DNA of 63,543 nucleotides, the filler included, from Chiloscyllium plagiosum (taxonomy: Eukaryota): the NCBI RefSeq assembly GCF_004010195.1. It is 3 parts of one record of this genome, joined end to end, with 100 filler letters (N's around TTAATTAATTAA, not from the genome) between each part and the next. Parts side by side here need not be neighbours in the genome. Positions count along the whole stretch, not along the records: positions 1 to 29,291 come from NC_057711.1; 2 more parts are not named here. One strand, 5' to 3'. This document shows positions 1-13,005 of this stretch, one piece after another. Below the pieces are notes generated by a model. The model was not told the DNA's origin and ran no database searches. It saw only the letters and a program-made list of their open reading frames with translations. Position 1 is the stretch's first letter; the number at the start of each line of letters is the position of its first letter. A program made the position numbers and the translations under genes.

Positions 1-312
1 GGTCTGGGAGATGATGGTTTGGTGGTGGGGGATGGGGTCATGGTCAAAGGGATGGTAGGAGGAGGTATCTGCGAGCTGGCGTTTGGCCTCAGCGGTGTAA
101 AGGTCAGTGCGCCAAACTACTACTGCGCCTCCCTTGTCAGCTGGTTTGATGGTGAGGTTGGGGTTGGAACGGAGGGAGTGGAGGGCTGCGCGTTCCGAGG
201 GTGGGAGGTTGGAGTGGGTGGGAGGGGTGGGGGAGTTCAGGTAGCGGTTAATATCGCGGCGGCAGTTTGCTATGAAGAGGTCGAGGGCAGGTAGGAGGCC
301 AGTACGGGGTGC
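1..312 (-). mobile_element. Penelope-like element fragment (N-terminal pre-RT region), truncated by the window edge
   Basis: Minus strand reads ...LPALDLFIANCRRDIN...ERAALHSLRSNPNLTIKPADKGGAVVVWRTDLY..., containing the PLE-typical IKPADKGGAVVV motif. Confidence 0.85.
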
Positions 313-759
313 ACACCACCAGATGTAGAAACATTTAAATCAATTTTGTTTTGACTTATGTGAACAAGACTTTATGTACTGATTATCAACTTTTGAATTA
401 TGAGAACTTCACTAGAGGTAGAAACATTACATTGTGTGAGAAGTGAAACATGCAAAATAGTTTTGTACATATGGGCGACAAAGTATACTGCCTTTTTGCT
501 AGAAATCAGATCTGTCATTAATCCATCCAGAGATATCTTGTTTGATACTCTGGATCATAGACTACTGATCTCTCGCTGGCTTAAACAAAATAAAGTGTTT
601 GCTGAATTTGAAACTTGTGTGGTCCGAGGTTTTGAGTCAGCAATGATTCTGTACTCCCCATGTTGACCAGCACTGAGGAAGCACGCAGAATGGCGAGGAA
701 GCAGAATGTATTCTGGGCAGGGGCTTCAATGCCTCTCAGAGTGGCTCAGCAGCAACACT

Positions 760-1255
760 ACTGACTGAGCTCATCAAGTTCTAAGAGACAAATATTGGAC
801 CAGAGTCTGCAACAGGGAATAAGAGAGCTAACAAGAGGGAAATGACTCATTTGACCTCCTTACATATTTCTGCTAGAAATGCATCTATCAATGGAATCAA
901 GACAGAGGATCAACCCTCAGTCAAGAGAACTGGAGGCCATGCCAAGAGCATCACCAAGTACATTCAAAAGGAGGTATCAACTTGGTGAAGCTCGCAAACA
1001 GGACGACTTGCAGGCCAAAAAGCATAAGCAGAAAGAAAGACAGGGCTAACAATTCTACAACCAATGGATCACATCTAAGCTTGGTAGTCCTGTCAGGTCT
1101 AGTTGATGACAATTCAACACTCCATTGGAGAATGCTGCTCCACAAATATCCTGATCCTCAATAATGGGGGAACCTAGCACATTAGTGCAGAATAAAGGCT
1201 GAAGCATTTGCACGATCTGCAGCCAATGTCAAATGGATGATCCAGGCACATCTAC
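760..1255 (+). mobile_element. Decayed non-LTR retrotransposon (LINE) fragment
   Basis: Broken ORF2-like sequence. It looks related to other decayed LINE pieces near 14680-14760, 31290-31595 and 37330-38060. Clade not resolved. Confidence 0.45.
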
Positions 1256-1659
1256 TCAGTCTATCCTGCTGTTGGGCAGGATGTACTCATGGAAGGTGAT
1301 GGTGGTATCTGGGACATTGTAACGTATGATTCTGTGAGTATGACTACATCAGGCTGTTTCTCACTAGTCTGCGTGATAAGTCTTACACTAGCCCTCAGAT
1401 GTTAGTTAGGGGGACTTTGCAGGGCTGTTTTTGCCATGGCCAATTTTGTGTCTAGGGCAAAGCCAGGTGGTCCCTCCAGTTTCATTTCTTTGAAATGGCC
1501 TTGCAAGCCACCTTGTCATATCAAATCACTACAAAATCTCAGCAGAGGGAAAGTAAGAGTCAATCATATTGCTGTGAGCCACTTTAGGCTAGACCAGATA
1601 AAAAAGGTGAAAGATTTCCTTTCCCGAAGAACATTAATGAATCAGATGGGTATTTCCTG

Positions 1660-2716
1660 GTACAAAGAACAAAGAAAGTTTACAGCCCAGGAACAGACCT
1701 TTCGGCCCTCTAAGCCGGTCTGTCATTTCCTAAGCATCTGTATCCCCCTACTCCCCACCTACTCATGCATCTGTCCAGACGCACCTTAAATGAATCTACT
1801 GTCCCTGTCTCCACCACCTCTGCTGGCAATGCATTCCAGATGCCCACCACTCTCTGTGGGAAGTACTTGCCGCGTGTATCCCCCTTAAACTTTCCACCTC
1901 TCACCTTGAAAGCATGACCTAGTTATTGAATCCTCACCCTGGTAAAAAGCTTGTCTCTATCCACCCTGTCTATACCCTTCATGATTTTGTAAACCTCAAC
2001 CAGGTCCCCCCTCAATCTCCTTTTTTCTAGTGAAAATAAACCTAATCTACTCAACCTCTCTTCATAGCTAGCACCTTCCATACCAGGCAACATCCTCGTA
2101 AACCTTCTCTGCACCCTCTCCAAAGCGTCCACATCCTTTTGTTAATGTGGCGCTCAGAACTGTACACAGTATTCTAAATGCGGCCAAACCAATGTCTTGT
2201 ACAATTTTAACATGACTTGCCAGCTCTTATACTCAATACCCTGTCCGAAGGAGGCAAGCATCCTACGTTGCCTTCTTGACCACTCTATCCACCTGTGCAG
2301 CAACCTTCAAGGTATAATGGACCTACACTCCCAGATCTCTTTGCCCATCAACTTTTCCCAAGGCTTTTCCGTTCATTGTATAATTCACTCTAGAATTAGT
2401 CTTGCTTAAATGCATTACCTCACATTTGTCTGGATTGAAATCCATCTGCCATTTTTCCATCCAACTCTCCAGTCTATCTATATCCTCCTGTATTCTCTGA
2501 CAGTCCCTTATGCTTTCTGCCACTCCACCAATCTTTGTGTGGTCTGCAAACTTGATCATACCAACAGTGCCCTCTTCCAGATCAGTTATGTATATCACAA
2601 ACAACAGTGGCCCCAATACTGACCCCTGTGGAACACCACTGGTCACCTTTCTCCATTTCGAGAGACTCCCTTTAACTACTACTACTGTCTCCCGTTGCTC
2701 AACCAGTTCTTTAATC
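1660..2716 (-). mobile_element. CR1 LINE, 5'-truncated (RT C-terminus plus 3' UTR)
   Basis: ORFs 2323-2646 ([19 protein letters not shown]...KFAD) and 1923-2132 ([14 protein letters not shown]...[13 protein letters not shown]), with a short-repeat tail near 1660. Confidence 0.92.
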
Positions 2717-2829
2717 AGCAGTTATTTCAAGGTCATCAGCAAAAGAAATAGGCATGTTAAGATTTGCTAATGTGTCCCTCAAAGTGGAGGAGCTATATGC
2801 AAATGTTTTATGATCAGGAAATCAATGAT

Positions 2830-3900
2830 TATGAATAGTTAACAAATTGGTGACAGAGAATTGGAAACAGCTGGGAAGTAAACATTATTGAACAACTGTT
2901 CAACACAAACAACTGAAAGGAGTAATTTAGATCATAAATAGATTGAATTAACTAGGATTCAGTTGCAAAATGAAACAAATAGAAATCTAAAGAAATGCAA
3001 AATCTTGATAGAACTCCAAACGTAAAGAAAACATGAAAATAGGTTTCAAAAAGTAAAATCCTGAATTCTGGAAAGGAAATGCGTAGAAATCAGATTGACA
3101 AAGAATATTATTCCAACCACAGAACAGCAGGGAAATTAAACTCAATTTAATTCTGATTTTGATTTTGTAAGGAATTTTGTCAGTAATGCAAGTTGCTACA
3201 AAGTTGCAAAAGTTGCAAGGAAGTTTGGTTTCAATGCAATGCAAGGAGAAAGCATTAAAAATAGGTGCCCTTTTTGGATCTAAAATCAGATTACGATAGC
3301 AAACGACAGTTTTAAACACATATGACTTAGTTTCAGAAGCTTGCAGACAAAGCTGAGAAATCAAAAAGAAACAAATCAAAATTCTGTGAAATTTGTAAGA
3401 GTTGTGATATGATGGGTGGAATGAATAATTTTATAAGTTTCCTTTTACAAAAGGAAGATCCTACATAGCAGAAAATAAAGTCTCAAGAGAAAAGCAGCTG
3501 AAATAATGGCTGATTTCTGAATTGTCACAAGTGTGCAAGTAGTAGCAGAACATTGTTTGCAAACCAACAGAGGCTTGAGAGAAGGTATCTAGTAGTGAAT
3601 ACGGAGAAAGGTAAGGGGGGGGGGGGGGAAAGACACTTCCCACTTAAAAGACAATTCGAAGGTCAAATATAATTCAAGGGGATCAAGAGGTTAATTGTCA
3701 AAATAAAAAAAAAAGACAAAAAGCCAAATGTTGAAAATTAAAAGCCATAACTGCAGCATGTGGGAATAGATGGTGATTGCAGAAGAAGCTGTACCAGCAG
3801 GGGGAGCTTGTGACAAACCAATAGCTTTAAATTGCTTTTATTGGAGAAGGCACGAGCAAAGAACTATAGAAATTGTGGTTCAAAGGTGAAGTCTCAACAT
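2830..3900 (+). mobile_element. Highly decayed Gypsy (Gmr1-like) LTR retrotransposon gag relic
   Basis: From about 3307 it reads TVLNTYDLVSEACRQ/LRNQKETNQNSVKFVRV, then YIAENKVSREK/AAEIMAD. These resemble the SCAN-like capsid motifs 'ILxAYELVPEAYRQKFRN' and 'AAxLADDY'. Many stops and frameshifts. Confidence 0.55.
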
Positions 3901-4371
3901 TTGTCTTTAAATTAGACAGACAAATTACAACTCTTAAGTGATACGAGATCAGCTCAGTCATTAGTGCTAGGTCAAAGTAAATTTCTATATATTTAGGTAT
4001 GCATCAAAGATAATGGATGTGAACTGTTCAGCCATGATGTTAATATTTTAAATGGTTTAATTGTTGATGTAACTGTGGAAGCTATCCATTAGTGGTGTCT
4101 ATTTTACATTTGGAAATTACAAAGTCTAATGGTGCTGAAGGCCCATCATGCTTGTATTGGCACTTCAAAATAAGCATTAGCCAGCTGGAATTTCCTGTTT
4201 TATCACCCCACAAAGTACTCTTCACATTAGTCTTATCCAAACAATCAACTAATTCCCTCTCAAATGAACCTGCTTCCACCACACTTCCAGCCAGTGCATT
4301 TTCTATCCCAAGTTGAAGATTAAGTTGTTTTTTTTTAATACCCCATCATTTCCCTTGCTTCTTTTGCAAAT

Positions 4372-6390
4372 CACTAAAATCCAGAGTGACTGGAATAAGG
4401 TAAGTAAGCTTGCAGCATGGAATTTTGAGGCTATGGCCATTTCAGAAACATGGCTAGAGGAGGGACAGGAATGGTTTTTGCAGTTTCCGGGATTTAGATG
4501 CTTCAGCAAGAACAGAGAAGATGGTAATAAACAGGGGCGGGGGGTGGCATTGTTAATCAAAGGCAGCATTACAGCAGCTGAGACGTTTGAAGACTCATCC
4601 ACTAAGGTAGATTGGGCTGGAGGTTAGAAACAGGAAAGGAGAGGTCGCCTTGTTGGGAGTTTTCTATAGGCCTCCGAATTATTCCAGGGATGTAGAGGAA
4701 AGGATAGCAAAAATGATTCTCTATAGAAACAAGAGTGTCAGAGTAGTTGTTCTGGGGGACTTTAACTTTCCAAATATTGACAGGGAAGACTACTGTTCAA
4801 GTAGTTTAGATGGGTCAGTTTTTGTTCAATGTGCGCAGGAGGGTTTTCTGACACAGTATGTAGACAGGCCAGCAAGGGGCGATGCTACACTGGATTTGGT
4901 AGTGGGGAATGAACCTGGCCAAGTGTTAGATTTGGAGGGAGGTGAGCACTTTGACGATAGTGACCATAATTCAGTTACGTTTACAATAGCAATGGACAGG
5001 GATAGGTATATACCGCAGGGCAGGAGTTATAATGGAGAAAGGCAATTATGATGCAATTACACAAGATTTAGGATGTATAGGATGGGGAAAGAAATTGCAG
5101 GGGATGGACACACTTCAAATGTGGAGCTTATTCAAGGAACAGCTATTGTGGGTCCTTGATAAGTATATACATATCAGGCAGGGAGGTAGTTGATGAGAGA
5201 GGGAGCCATTTTTTACTAAAGTTGTTGATGCTCTTGTCAAAAGGAAAAAGGCGGCTCACGCGAGGACGAGACGTAAAGGCTCAGTTAGGGGGCTGAGTGT
5301 TATAAGTTAGCCAAGATCTAAAGTGAGGGCTAAGAAGAGCCAGGAGTGGACATGAGAAGTTGTTGGCAGATAGAATCAAGGAAAGCCCCAAGGCCTTCTA
5401 TAGATATATCAGGAATAAAAGAATGACAAGAGTAAGATTAGGGCAAATCAAAGATAGTAGTGTAAAGTTTGTGTGGAATCTGAGGACATAAGGGAAACAC
5501 TTAATAAGTACTTTTCATCAGTATTCACATTAGAAAAAGGGCAATGTTATTGAGAAAAAGGAGATACAGGCTACAAGATTAGATGGGACTGAGGTTGACA
5601 AAGGAGGTTTTAGCAATTTTGGATGATCTGAAAATAGATAAGCCCCTGGGCCGGATGGGATTTATCCTCAGATTCTCTGGGATGCCAGGGAGTCTTTAGC
5701 TTCGATCTTTATGTCACCGTTGTCAATAGGAGTAGTGCCAAAATATTGGAGGATAGCAAATGTTGTTCCCTTGTTTAAGAAGGGGAGTCAGGACAACCCT
5801 GGAAATTATAGGCTAGTGAGCCTTACTTCAGTTATGGGTAAAGTATTAGAAAAGGTTCAAATAGATAGGATTTATAATCATCTGGAAAGGAATAATTTGC
5901 TGAGGGATAGTCAACATGGTTTTGTGAAGGGTAGGTCATGCCTCACTATCCTTACTGAGTTCTTTGAGACTTACTAGGTTGTTGCCTGGTATGGAAGGAA
6001 GATCTTATGAGGAAAGGCTGAGGGAACTAAGGCTGTTTTTGCTGGAGAGAAGAAGATTGAGGTGACTTAATCGAGATGTATATGAGAATCAGAGGGTTAG
6101 AGAGGGTGGACAGTGAGAGCCTTTTTCATCGGATGGTGAGGGGACATAGCTTTAAATTGAGGGGTGATAGATTTAGGACAGATATCAGGGGTAGTTTCTT
6201 TACTCATTAGGAGGCAACGGCCTGCCTGTAACAATAGTAAACTCGCCGATTTTAAGTGCATTTAAATGGGCATTGGACATACAAATGGATAACAATGGAA
6301 TAGTGTAGGTTAGATGGGCATCAGATTAATTTCACAAGTCACGCAACATCAAGGGCTGAAGGGCCTGTACTGCGCTGTAACGTTCTATGC
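4372..6390 (+). mobile_element. CR1 LINE ORF2 relic (APE endonuclease, partial RT, 3' end), internally deleted
   Basis: AISETWL, GVFYRPPN, GDFNFPNID, DSDHN and NYRLVSLTSV...SQHGFVKGRSCLT motifs. The sequence jumps from the RT N-terminus to the C-terminus near 5970. Confidence 0.92.
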
Positions 6391-7139
6391 CATCGCATTT
6401 GTGTCTTTTACAAGCAACAGCATTTTTCCCCCATCTATTCTATGCAACCTGATCATGATTTTAAAACCTCTAAACAATTTTCCTCAGCCTTCTCTCCAAA
6501 AGAGAACAGTCCCAACTTCTTCAAATCTACTCTCATAACTGAGAGTTCTCATATTCTTATGAAAAACAAGAGCCAGTGAAGGCAATTTTGCCCCTTGAGC
6601 CTGTTCTACCATTCAATGTGATCATGGCTGATCTCATCATGGTGTTAACATCTGCTCTACATCTACTTTGTCAAACCACTTTAATATCTTGTATTGTTCT
6701 GTTGCAACAATTCCTTGCTTTTCTACTCTATTCCTTTAGCAATAAAATGCCAAAATTCAATTTGCCTTCCTTATTAACTGCTGTACCCGCATACTAGGTT
6801 TCTATACTTCATGCACAAGGACACAAGATCCCTTTACACTGAAATTTCTCTCCATTTAGAGAATAAGTTGTCTTTTTATTCCTCTGTCCAAAGTGGATAA
6901 AGCTCGCACTTAAATCACATTGAAACTCCACCTGCTAAACACACATCACGTATCTGTATCCACTTGTAATGTTTTATTTCTTCATTGCAACTTACCTTCC
7001 AGATCTATTTTAGTATCATCTGCAAATTTGGCTATAGTACTTTCTATCTTGGCATCTAAATCATCAATATAGTATTAGATTTTGTCACGTGTACTCAAGG
7101 TTTAGAATACGGAGTATAGTGAAGTGTGTACAAAGTCAT

Positions 7140-7643
7140 TGTGAGAAACAAAGCTTACACACTTCAATAATTGCAGTACTGATTCAGATTTTGTCTCGGA
7201 GTGTCCTTTATTTTACTCTTGCAAGAGGGTGTGATGTCTAGTGTCTACAAGGCAAGGGACACACACACACCAAATTCAATTATTACACGATATTTATATA
7301 ATTTGTTTTTTGTTTTTCAATGCTCCTCCCCTGTTTACATCTTCCACTTCCCTAAGACCGGCACCCATTACTCCTGTTTATCTCTTGCCTTATCCGGCCT
7401 TGTCTGTGACAAAATGCTTAGATCTGGCCTCAAGGCCGTTTGACCTCATCCCGCTGTGAGTCATTGTTAGGCATATTCTTTCTTCACCATTATCTACTCC
7501 CTCCATCTGTACCTTCCCCTGCCATACTGATCCTTATGACCCTTTTAATTGGGGTTTGTTCCTGTGTTTCTGTAAAAGTGGGAAACAGATGTTTATACCT
7601 ACTGTTTGTACAGGCGTATCTAGCTTAACTTCCTCCCCTCACA
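7140..7643 (-). mobile_element. Solo LTR (about 504 bp) in CETN3 intron 2
   Basis: Terminal inverted repeats TGTGAG (7140-7145) and CTCACA (7638-7643). Flanks tcat/gcat (4-bp TSD, one mismatch). Minus-strand TATAAA near 7295 and AATAAA at 7207-7212. Confidence 0.65.
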
Positions 7644-7789
7644 GCATCTTATCTATTCACCTGCAATATCTACCATTGTTTTGCAGTCACGTTTCATTCT
7701 TGCATACAATTTTAGCTAATAAAAAAACAATTATGTATTTCCTCCACAGTTTCCATTCTTGTTGACTCAGCTCTTGGCTAAAACAATTA

Positions 7790-7925
7790 GCCCTTCAATT
7801 CCTGAAGAAGGGCTAATGCCCGAAACGTCGATTCTCCTGTTCCCTAGATGCTGCCTGACCTGCTGCGCTTTTCCAGCAACACATTTCCATCTCTGATCTC
7901 CAGCATCTGCAGACCTCACTTTCTC
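7790..7925 (+). mobile_element. 136-bp PLE pseudo-LTR mini-insertion (HHR plus tail)
   Basis: Flanked by the direct repeat ctaaaacaatta (7778-7789 and 7926-7937). Matches the 3' pLTR of the longer PLE copies in the window. Confidence 0.85.
7798..7833 (+). ncRNA. Minimal type I hammerhead ribozyme motif (family A)
   Basis: CTGAAGA (7802-7808), extra A, stem II GGGC-TAAT-GCCC, GAAAC, GTC cleavage triplet (7827-7829). Confidence 0.7.
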
Positions 7926-8239
7926 CTAAAACAATTACACACTGGTGTGAGTTCATTTACTTTGTATAAGTAATTAGAATTGCAGAAGTAACACTACTTT
8001 TCCTATATTCCACAGTCATCATTCTCCAGCACCTTCTTGGTTACAAAAACCAAGGATTTATTTAAAAAAAACACAATAGCAGAAATAAAAACAAACAGCC
8101 TAAAAGGAAAGAAAAATGTCAAGGCCTAAAGAAAAAGAAAATGCCCAGATCTTAAATTACTATTACAATAAAGATGTATTGAATGCTCAGTCTCCAATGC
8201 AGGCACCCAAGCTGTCAATCATTGGTACCCAACAAGCAA

Positions 8240-9210
8240 ACCTTGTAGCACTCCACAAGTTACATCTTGCCAACCAGTAAAAGACCCATTTATCCAAACC
8301 CTATGCTTTCTATTGGTTAGCCGATCCTCTATTCAAGCCAATAAATTATCCCAAATCACATGTGATCTACTTGTGTATTAATTATTCATGTTGCACCTTA
8401 TCAAAAGGCCTTCTGGAAGTCCAGGCGTATTACATCCACAGGATTCCCATCATGCATTTTGCTAGTTACATCTTCGAAGAATTCTAGTCAATACAACTTA
8501 CCCTTCATAAAACCATGCTTACTCTGATGAATGGCGTTCTTGACTTGCTAAATATCCTGTTCTTACTTCCTTAACAATGGATTCTAACAATTTCCTAATG
8601 ACAGATGTTAAATTAACTGAATCATTTCCTATTGTCTGCCTCACTCCCTTTTTGAATAAGATTTTTATTTTAGCATTTTTACAATCCATTGGAATCTTTC
8701 CAGCATCCAGGGAAAATTTGGAATATTATGACCAGTAACCCATTCTTTCTGCTTCTACTTCCTTTCAGACCCTAATATGTAGGCCATCTGACCATGGGAC
8801 ATGTCTACCTTCAATCCCAATAGCTTGCTCAGTACTTTTCCCCTTTGTGATGATAATTGTTAGGTTCTTCCTTTTCTAACCTCTGCATTATACATCACTA
8901 CTGGGATGATACTAGTGTCCCCACTGAAAACAGAAGTAAAATATTGATTTAGTATCTCCCCCATTTAAATGTTCCCCTCTATTAACTCCCCAGGGTCATC
9001 GTCCAAAAGGACTAATATTCATTTTAGCTACTCTTCCTTTGTATACTCTTACAGAAGCCTTTGCTATCCATTTTTGTATTCTTCTCTAGCTATCTTGTTA
9101 TACTTTATCTTTGCTCTTTTATTACATTTTAATAACCTTTTGTTGATGTTTAAAAATGTCTTCATCTTCCAGCCTGCCACTGGCCTTTGCAATATGATAT
9201 GCTTCTGTCT
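8240..9210 (-). mobile_element. Old CR1 ORF2 fragment
   Basis: Decayed reverse complement of the CR1 RT N-terminal region (SQHGF and DFQKAF-like segments near 8410-8525). Confidence 0.7.
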
Positions 9211-9623
9211 CCAGTGATGTTAGACAAAGTTCATTAGAATTGTTAAAATTGAAAGTATACAAAGAAAAAAAAAGACAGAAATCCAGCACCATCTAATCTT
9301 ACTAAAGAAATTACTATTTCAACTAAAACTGTATACAACAGAATCAAGACCTCAATGACGTTAAAAAGATGTTGAAACAGGCTAACAAAGTTAATAGAAA
9401 TCAAAGTGTCTCAAGTAAACCTGAAGGTGGAATCTAAGCAAAAGGTTAAGATTTTGGTGCTCACTTCAATCTTAAGACGAGAGTCAATTCCATTATAGAA
9501 TGAATTTGAGAACCAACTTTAAAATTTACTAGTTTTTGTTAACTACAAGATCCATTCCAGGTAGCGACATTTTCATAAAGTTTTACATAATTTTAAAAAA
9601 ATGCACAAAAGAAATACTTTAAA

Positions 9624-9851
9624 ATAGACAATAGGTGCAGGAGTAGGCCATTCTGCCCTTCGAGCCTGCACCGCCATTCAATATGATCGTGGCTGATCAT
9701 TCCTAATCAGTATCCTCTTCCTGCCTTATCTCCATAACCCTTGATTCCACTATCTTTGAGAGCTCTATCCAACTATTTCTTAAATGAATCCAGAGACTGG
9801 GCCTCCAATGCCCTCTGGGGCAGAACATTCCACACAGCCACCACTCTCTGG
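9624..9851 (-). mobile_element. CR1-type 3' end fragment
   Basis: Reverse complement of a typical CR1 3' terminus (ggagtaggccatt...ccaccactctctgg). Confidence 0.7.
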
Positions 9852-10328
9852 TATTGATATTACAGTCCATTTACTTCAGAAAGCCAGATTGAGAAACTGG
9901 TCGATTGTCACAAATGCCTTTTTATGTTGGTTGAAGTTTTGCTTTGTTTCCTGAATCACAAAAACCCAGAGCTTAACTTCAATTGTCCACTACTCCCCTT
10001 GTATGATCAAAGGCATCCTGAACATGCACTAGCTCAATGCATTATCAATCTCAAATTATTTAATGTATATTCAGGTCCAGAGTACTCTTTAAAAGGACTG
10101 ATGATCATTTTACTGATTGCACTTCCTATTGTCTCCAAATTAATTTTACATGTTAATCATTTGTAAGATCATCCTTTCTATGACAGCTTGTCCATCTTAC
10201 TTTACCAACTTCATAGGATTTTTACCAAGATAGGGTGGCCTCAATTAATAAAGCATATACGATCACCAAGCAATTAAATCAACAATCTCAAACATTGCCT
10301 AATTAACATAGTAAAAAAACCTAAAACT

Positions 10329-10430
10329 GGAGGGTCTTGTGGCACAATGGTAGCATCCCTACCTTTGGGCCAGAAGGCCTGTGTTCAAGCCCCATCTGCC
10401 CCAGATACGACAACTGTGAACAGACCGATT
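10329..10430 (+). mobile_element. tRNA-derived SINE head, short
   Basis: A-box-like TGGCACAATGG and B-box-like GTTCAAGCC. No complete tRNA cloverleaf. Confidence 0.5.
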
Positions 10431-13005
10431 TTGAAAAGCAAATTTTAAAAGCCAATTCCAAAATTACACACAGACACATTCAATATGACTCAAGTGTTAC
10501 AGTCATAAACTATTATTGAGATCTGTGGAGAGTGTGGTTTTCAGGTAAAATAATCTATGATAGGAAGCGTATTACTCAGGAAACCATATAACCCCAGCAG
10601 GAGAATTCACAAAGTCCATTCTGACATGGACCACAACATCCTAGTTTTTGCATATGGATTGTTCCATTCAATAAGCAAGACAAGGCTACGATTTGATCAG
10701 TGTTTTGATTGCTGTAGAGACAGATAAAAACTTTTTTAAAAAAAATGTTAATTCCTAGCAATTGATTTAAAAAGAATTGCACTAGCAAATGGCAAGATCA
10801 AATTGTACTAGTAAAGTGATCATTTAAGGCACCAAAATATGGAGATTCTAGTAAAGGAGCTAATACTGTAATTATATCATCTCTAATAAAAGGCAGCGAC
10901 CAAGGAAGACACCTAAATATAGAACAGCTACAAAAATAAACAAAAGCTAAAGGAATACCACCCAAGAATGTAGGTGCAGGAAATTGAGCAGCCAATTGCA
11001 AAATGTCAAACCAATTACACTAATTGAAAATTTACAATGAAATATTACAAAGATAATGCAAGGGATGAAAGAAAGTGAAACAGAATGATTGTGAGATAGC
11101 GACTGATAAAACAACAGGCTGATCACTTACCATTATTATAGATGATCACTAGTTGATGCGCATGAACAGTGAAAGACAGATGAGTGTAACAGACCACTAC
11201 AGCAAATCTCATGACAAGAGAACTTTAGTTTTTTTTTAAAAAATAAAGGTCAAGAACAAAAATGAAAGCGGACAGTTAACGTTACTATGAGAAACACAGA
11301 CTGAAAAGTGTTTTCAGCAAGTTCCTTATAAATAACGTTTTGACATCATCCAAATGTGAAAGGTTCTCAACCAAACAAAATCTGCTTTACAGAGAGTGCC
11401 AGTAATACATGGGAGCCAAAGCCCTAAGGAACTAAAAAACTGCTGAACCCCACACACTAATTACGCTTCTTATAGCATATATCACAAATGCTTTTGCAGC
11501 ACCATGTATGCTACTTAAATGGTTTTCTTCGTGCACTACTTTGAGGGATAACTAGTTTTATTTCCTCTGAACTAATTGAACTGTGAATGATCCTTGAACT
11601 TGCAAGCTGAAAACATCATCTAAATAAATCATGAGACTTTTGGATCAATGTATTTATTCTGCACAAGAGAGATTGTGTTCATTTCAATTTAAGATTGTAC
11701 ACCCTGACTTGGGAAATCTTTTAATTTTATGTAAAGACTTAGGTGGATTTATTTTGAATAAAGGTTTGTGCAACTGTGTAAAGCAGCAGCTCATCAATTT
11801 AATTTTTTCAAAACACTTTGCTTTAACCTGATTAGAACTTCAAAACAATACTGTTGCCTTAATTGAAAATTTAAAAATGCATGGTCTGGTTTAAAAATCA
11901 GTTCATTAGTTATGAGTGAATGGCACAGCTGACTCAATGGGCCAAATTACCCAATTCTGCTCCTATATCTTGTAGTCTAAAAAGGTTTAGAAATCATATT
12001 CTGGACTGACTGTGATTAATTTATTGTTTTGAAGAGGAAAAGAAATGTTAGAAATTGTAAATTGAATTGAGAGAAAATACTAAAAGTTAATCTCAAAAAC
12101 ATTTTTCAATTGTCAGAAATTGCAAGAAACTTTTTCAGAGTTCAAAATTGTTTTAGCCTACAAAACCCACCTTCTAATATGCTTGCAAAGAGGAACGATC
12201 TTTCTATAGAAAAGAAAATTAACCATTTAAATACATTTTGAACCAATCCTGAAGCAAGAAGGTGATATAAAATGTAGTTAATTATAAGATGATACTATTT
12301 TGATTAACCAATTACATTGCAAATTAGTTAATAATATTCATCTGAATTATCTGGAATTGGAGGTCTAACTCGCCTTGCAAAACAAAACCCAACTTTCTCA
12401 AGAGACTATCACCTTAATTACTAACTTTCACAAGCTTTTTTACCCCCTCACAAAGAAAAGATAGCAGCAGTGGGGTGGGATGATGAATGACAAAAAACAG
12501 CATTTGGCTTTTAAATTAAGAAAATAAAAATTTTACTGAAGGCATACAACTTCACCTGTTGATTGATGATGCTTCACTCCACCTAATAAAAAGGATCTGA
12601 AAACCGTCAGCAGAGAAAAAAAACATTGAAAAAAAACTATGTACACATTTAATAAAACTTGATACGTTTTTTAAAAAAGATTACATAGATATGGTGACAA
12701 GTTACGAACTGACAAATCAATTGTTTGGGCTTCTAAACAAACCTACAAGTAGATGCAGGACGTTTTGATTAAAAAAAAGTGTTTTTCATGGCGTTCCTAA
12801 CTTTATCAGTGTGTCTAACATAGCAGGTGATCCAGCCATCTGGTGGTATTTTGTTACTATTACTGCATGAATTAATAGCAGGATAAGTTCTCCTGCTGTA
12901 AAATTTTTAGTAACTGTACAATATCCATTTTCTACAGAAGACAACATTATCACCAACTGCCTGAAAAAGCAAATTAATTTGAATGAATCCACAAATCAAA
13001 AATTT

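Noticed and set aside
10798..11001. 67-aa minus-strand ORF in CETN3 intron 2, considered as exon 3 or a pol relic
   Set aside because: No match to centrin exon 3, and the similarity to retroelement pol is too weak to call.
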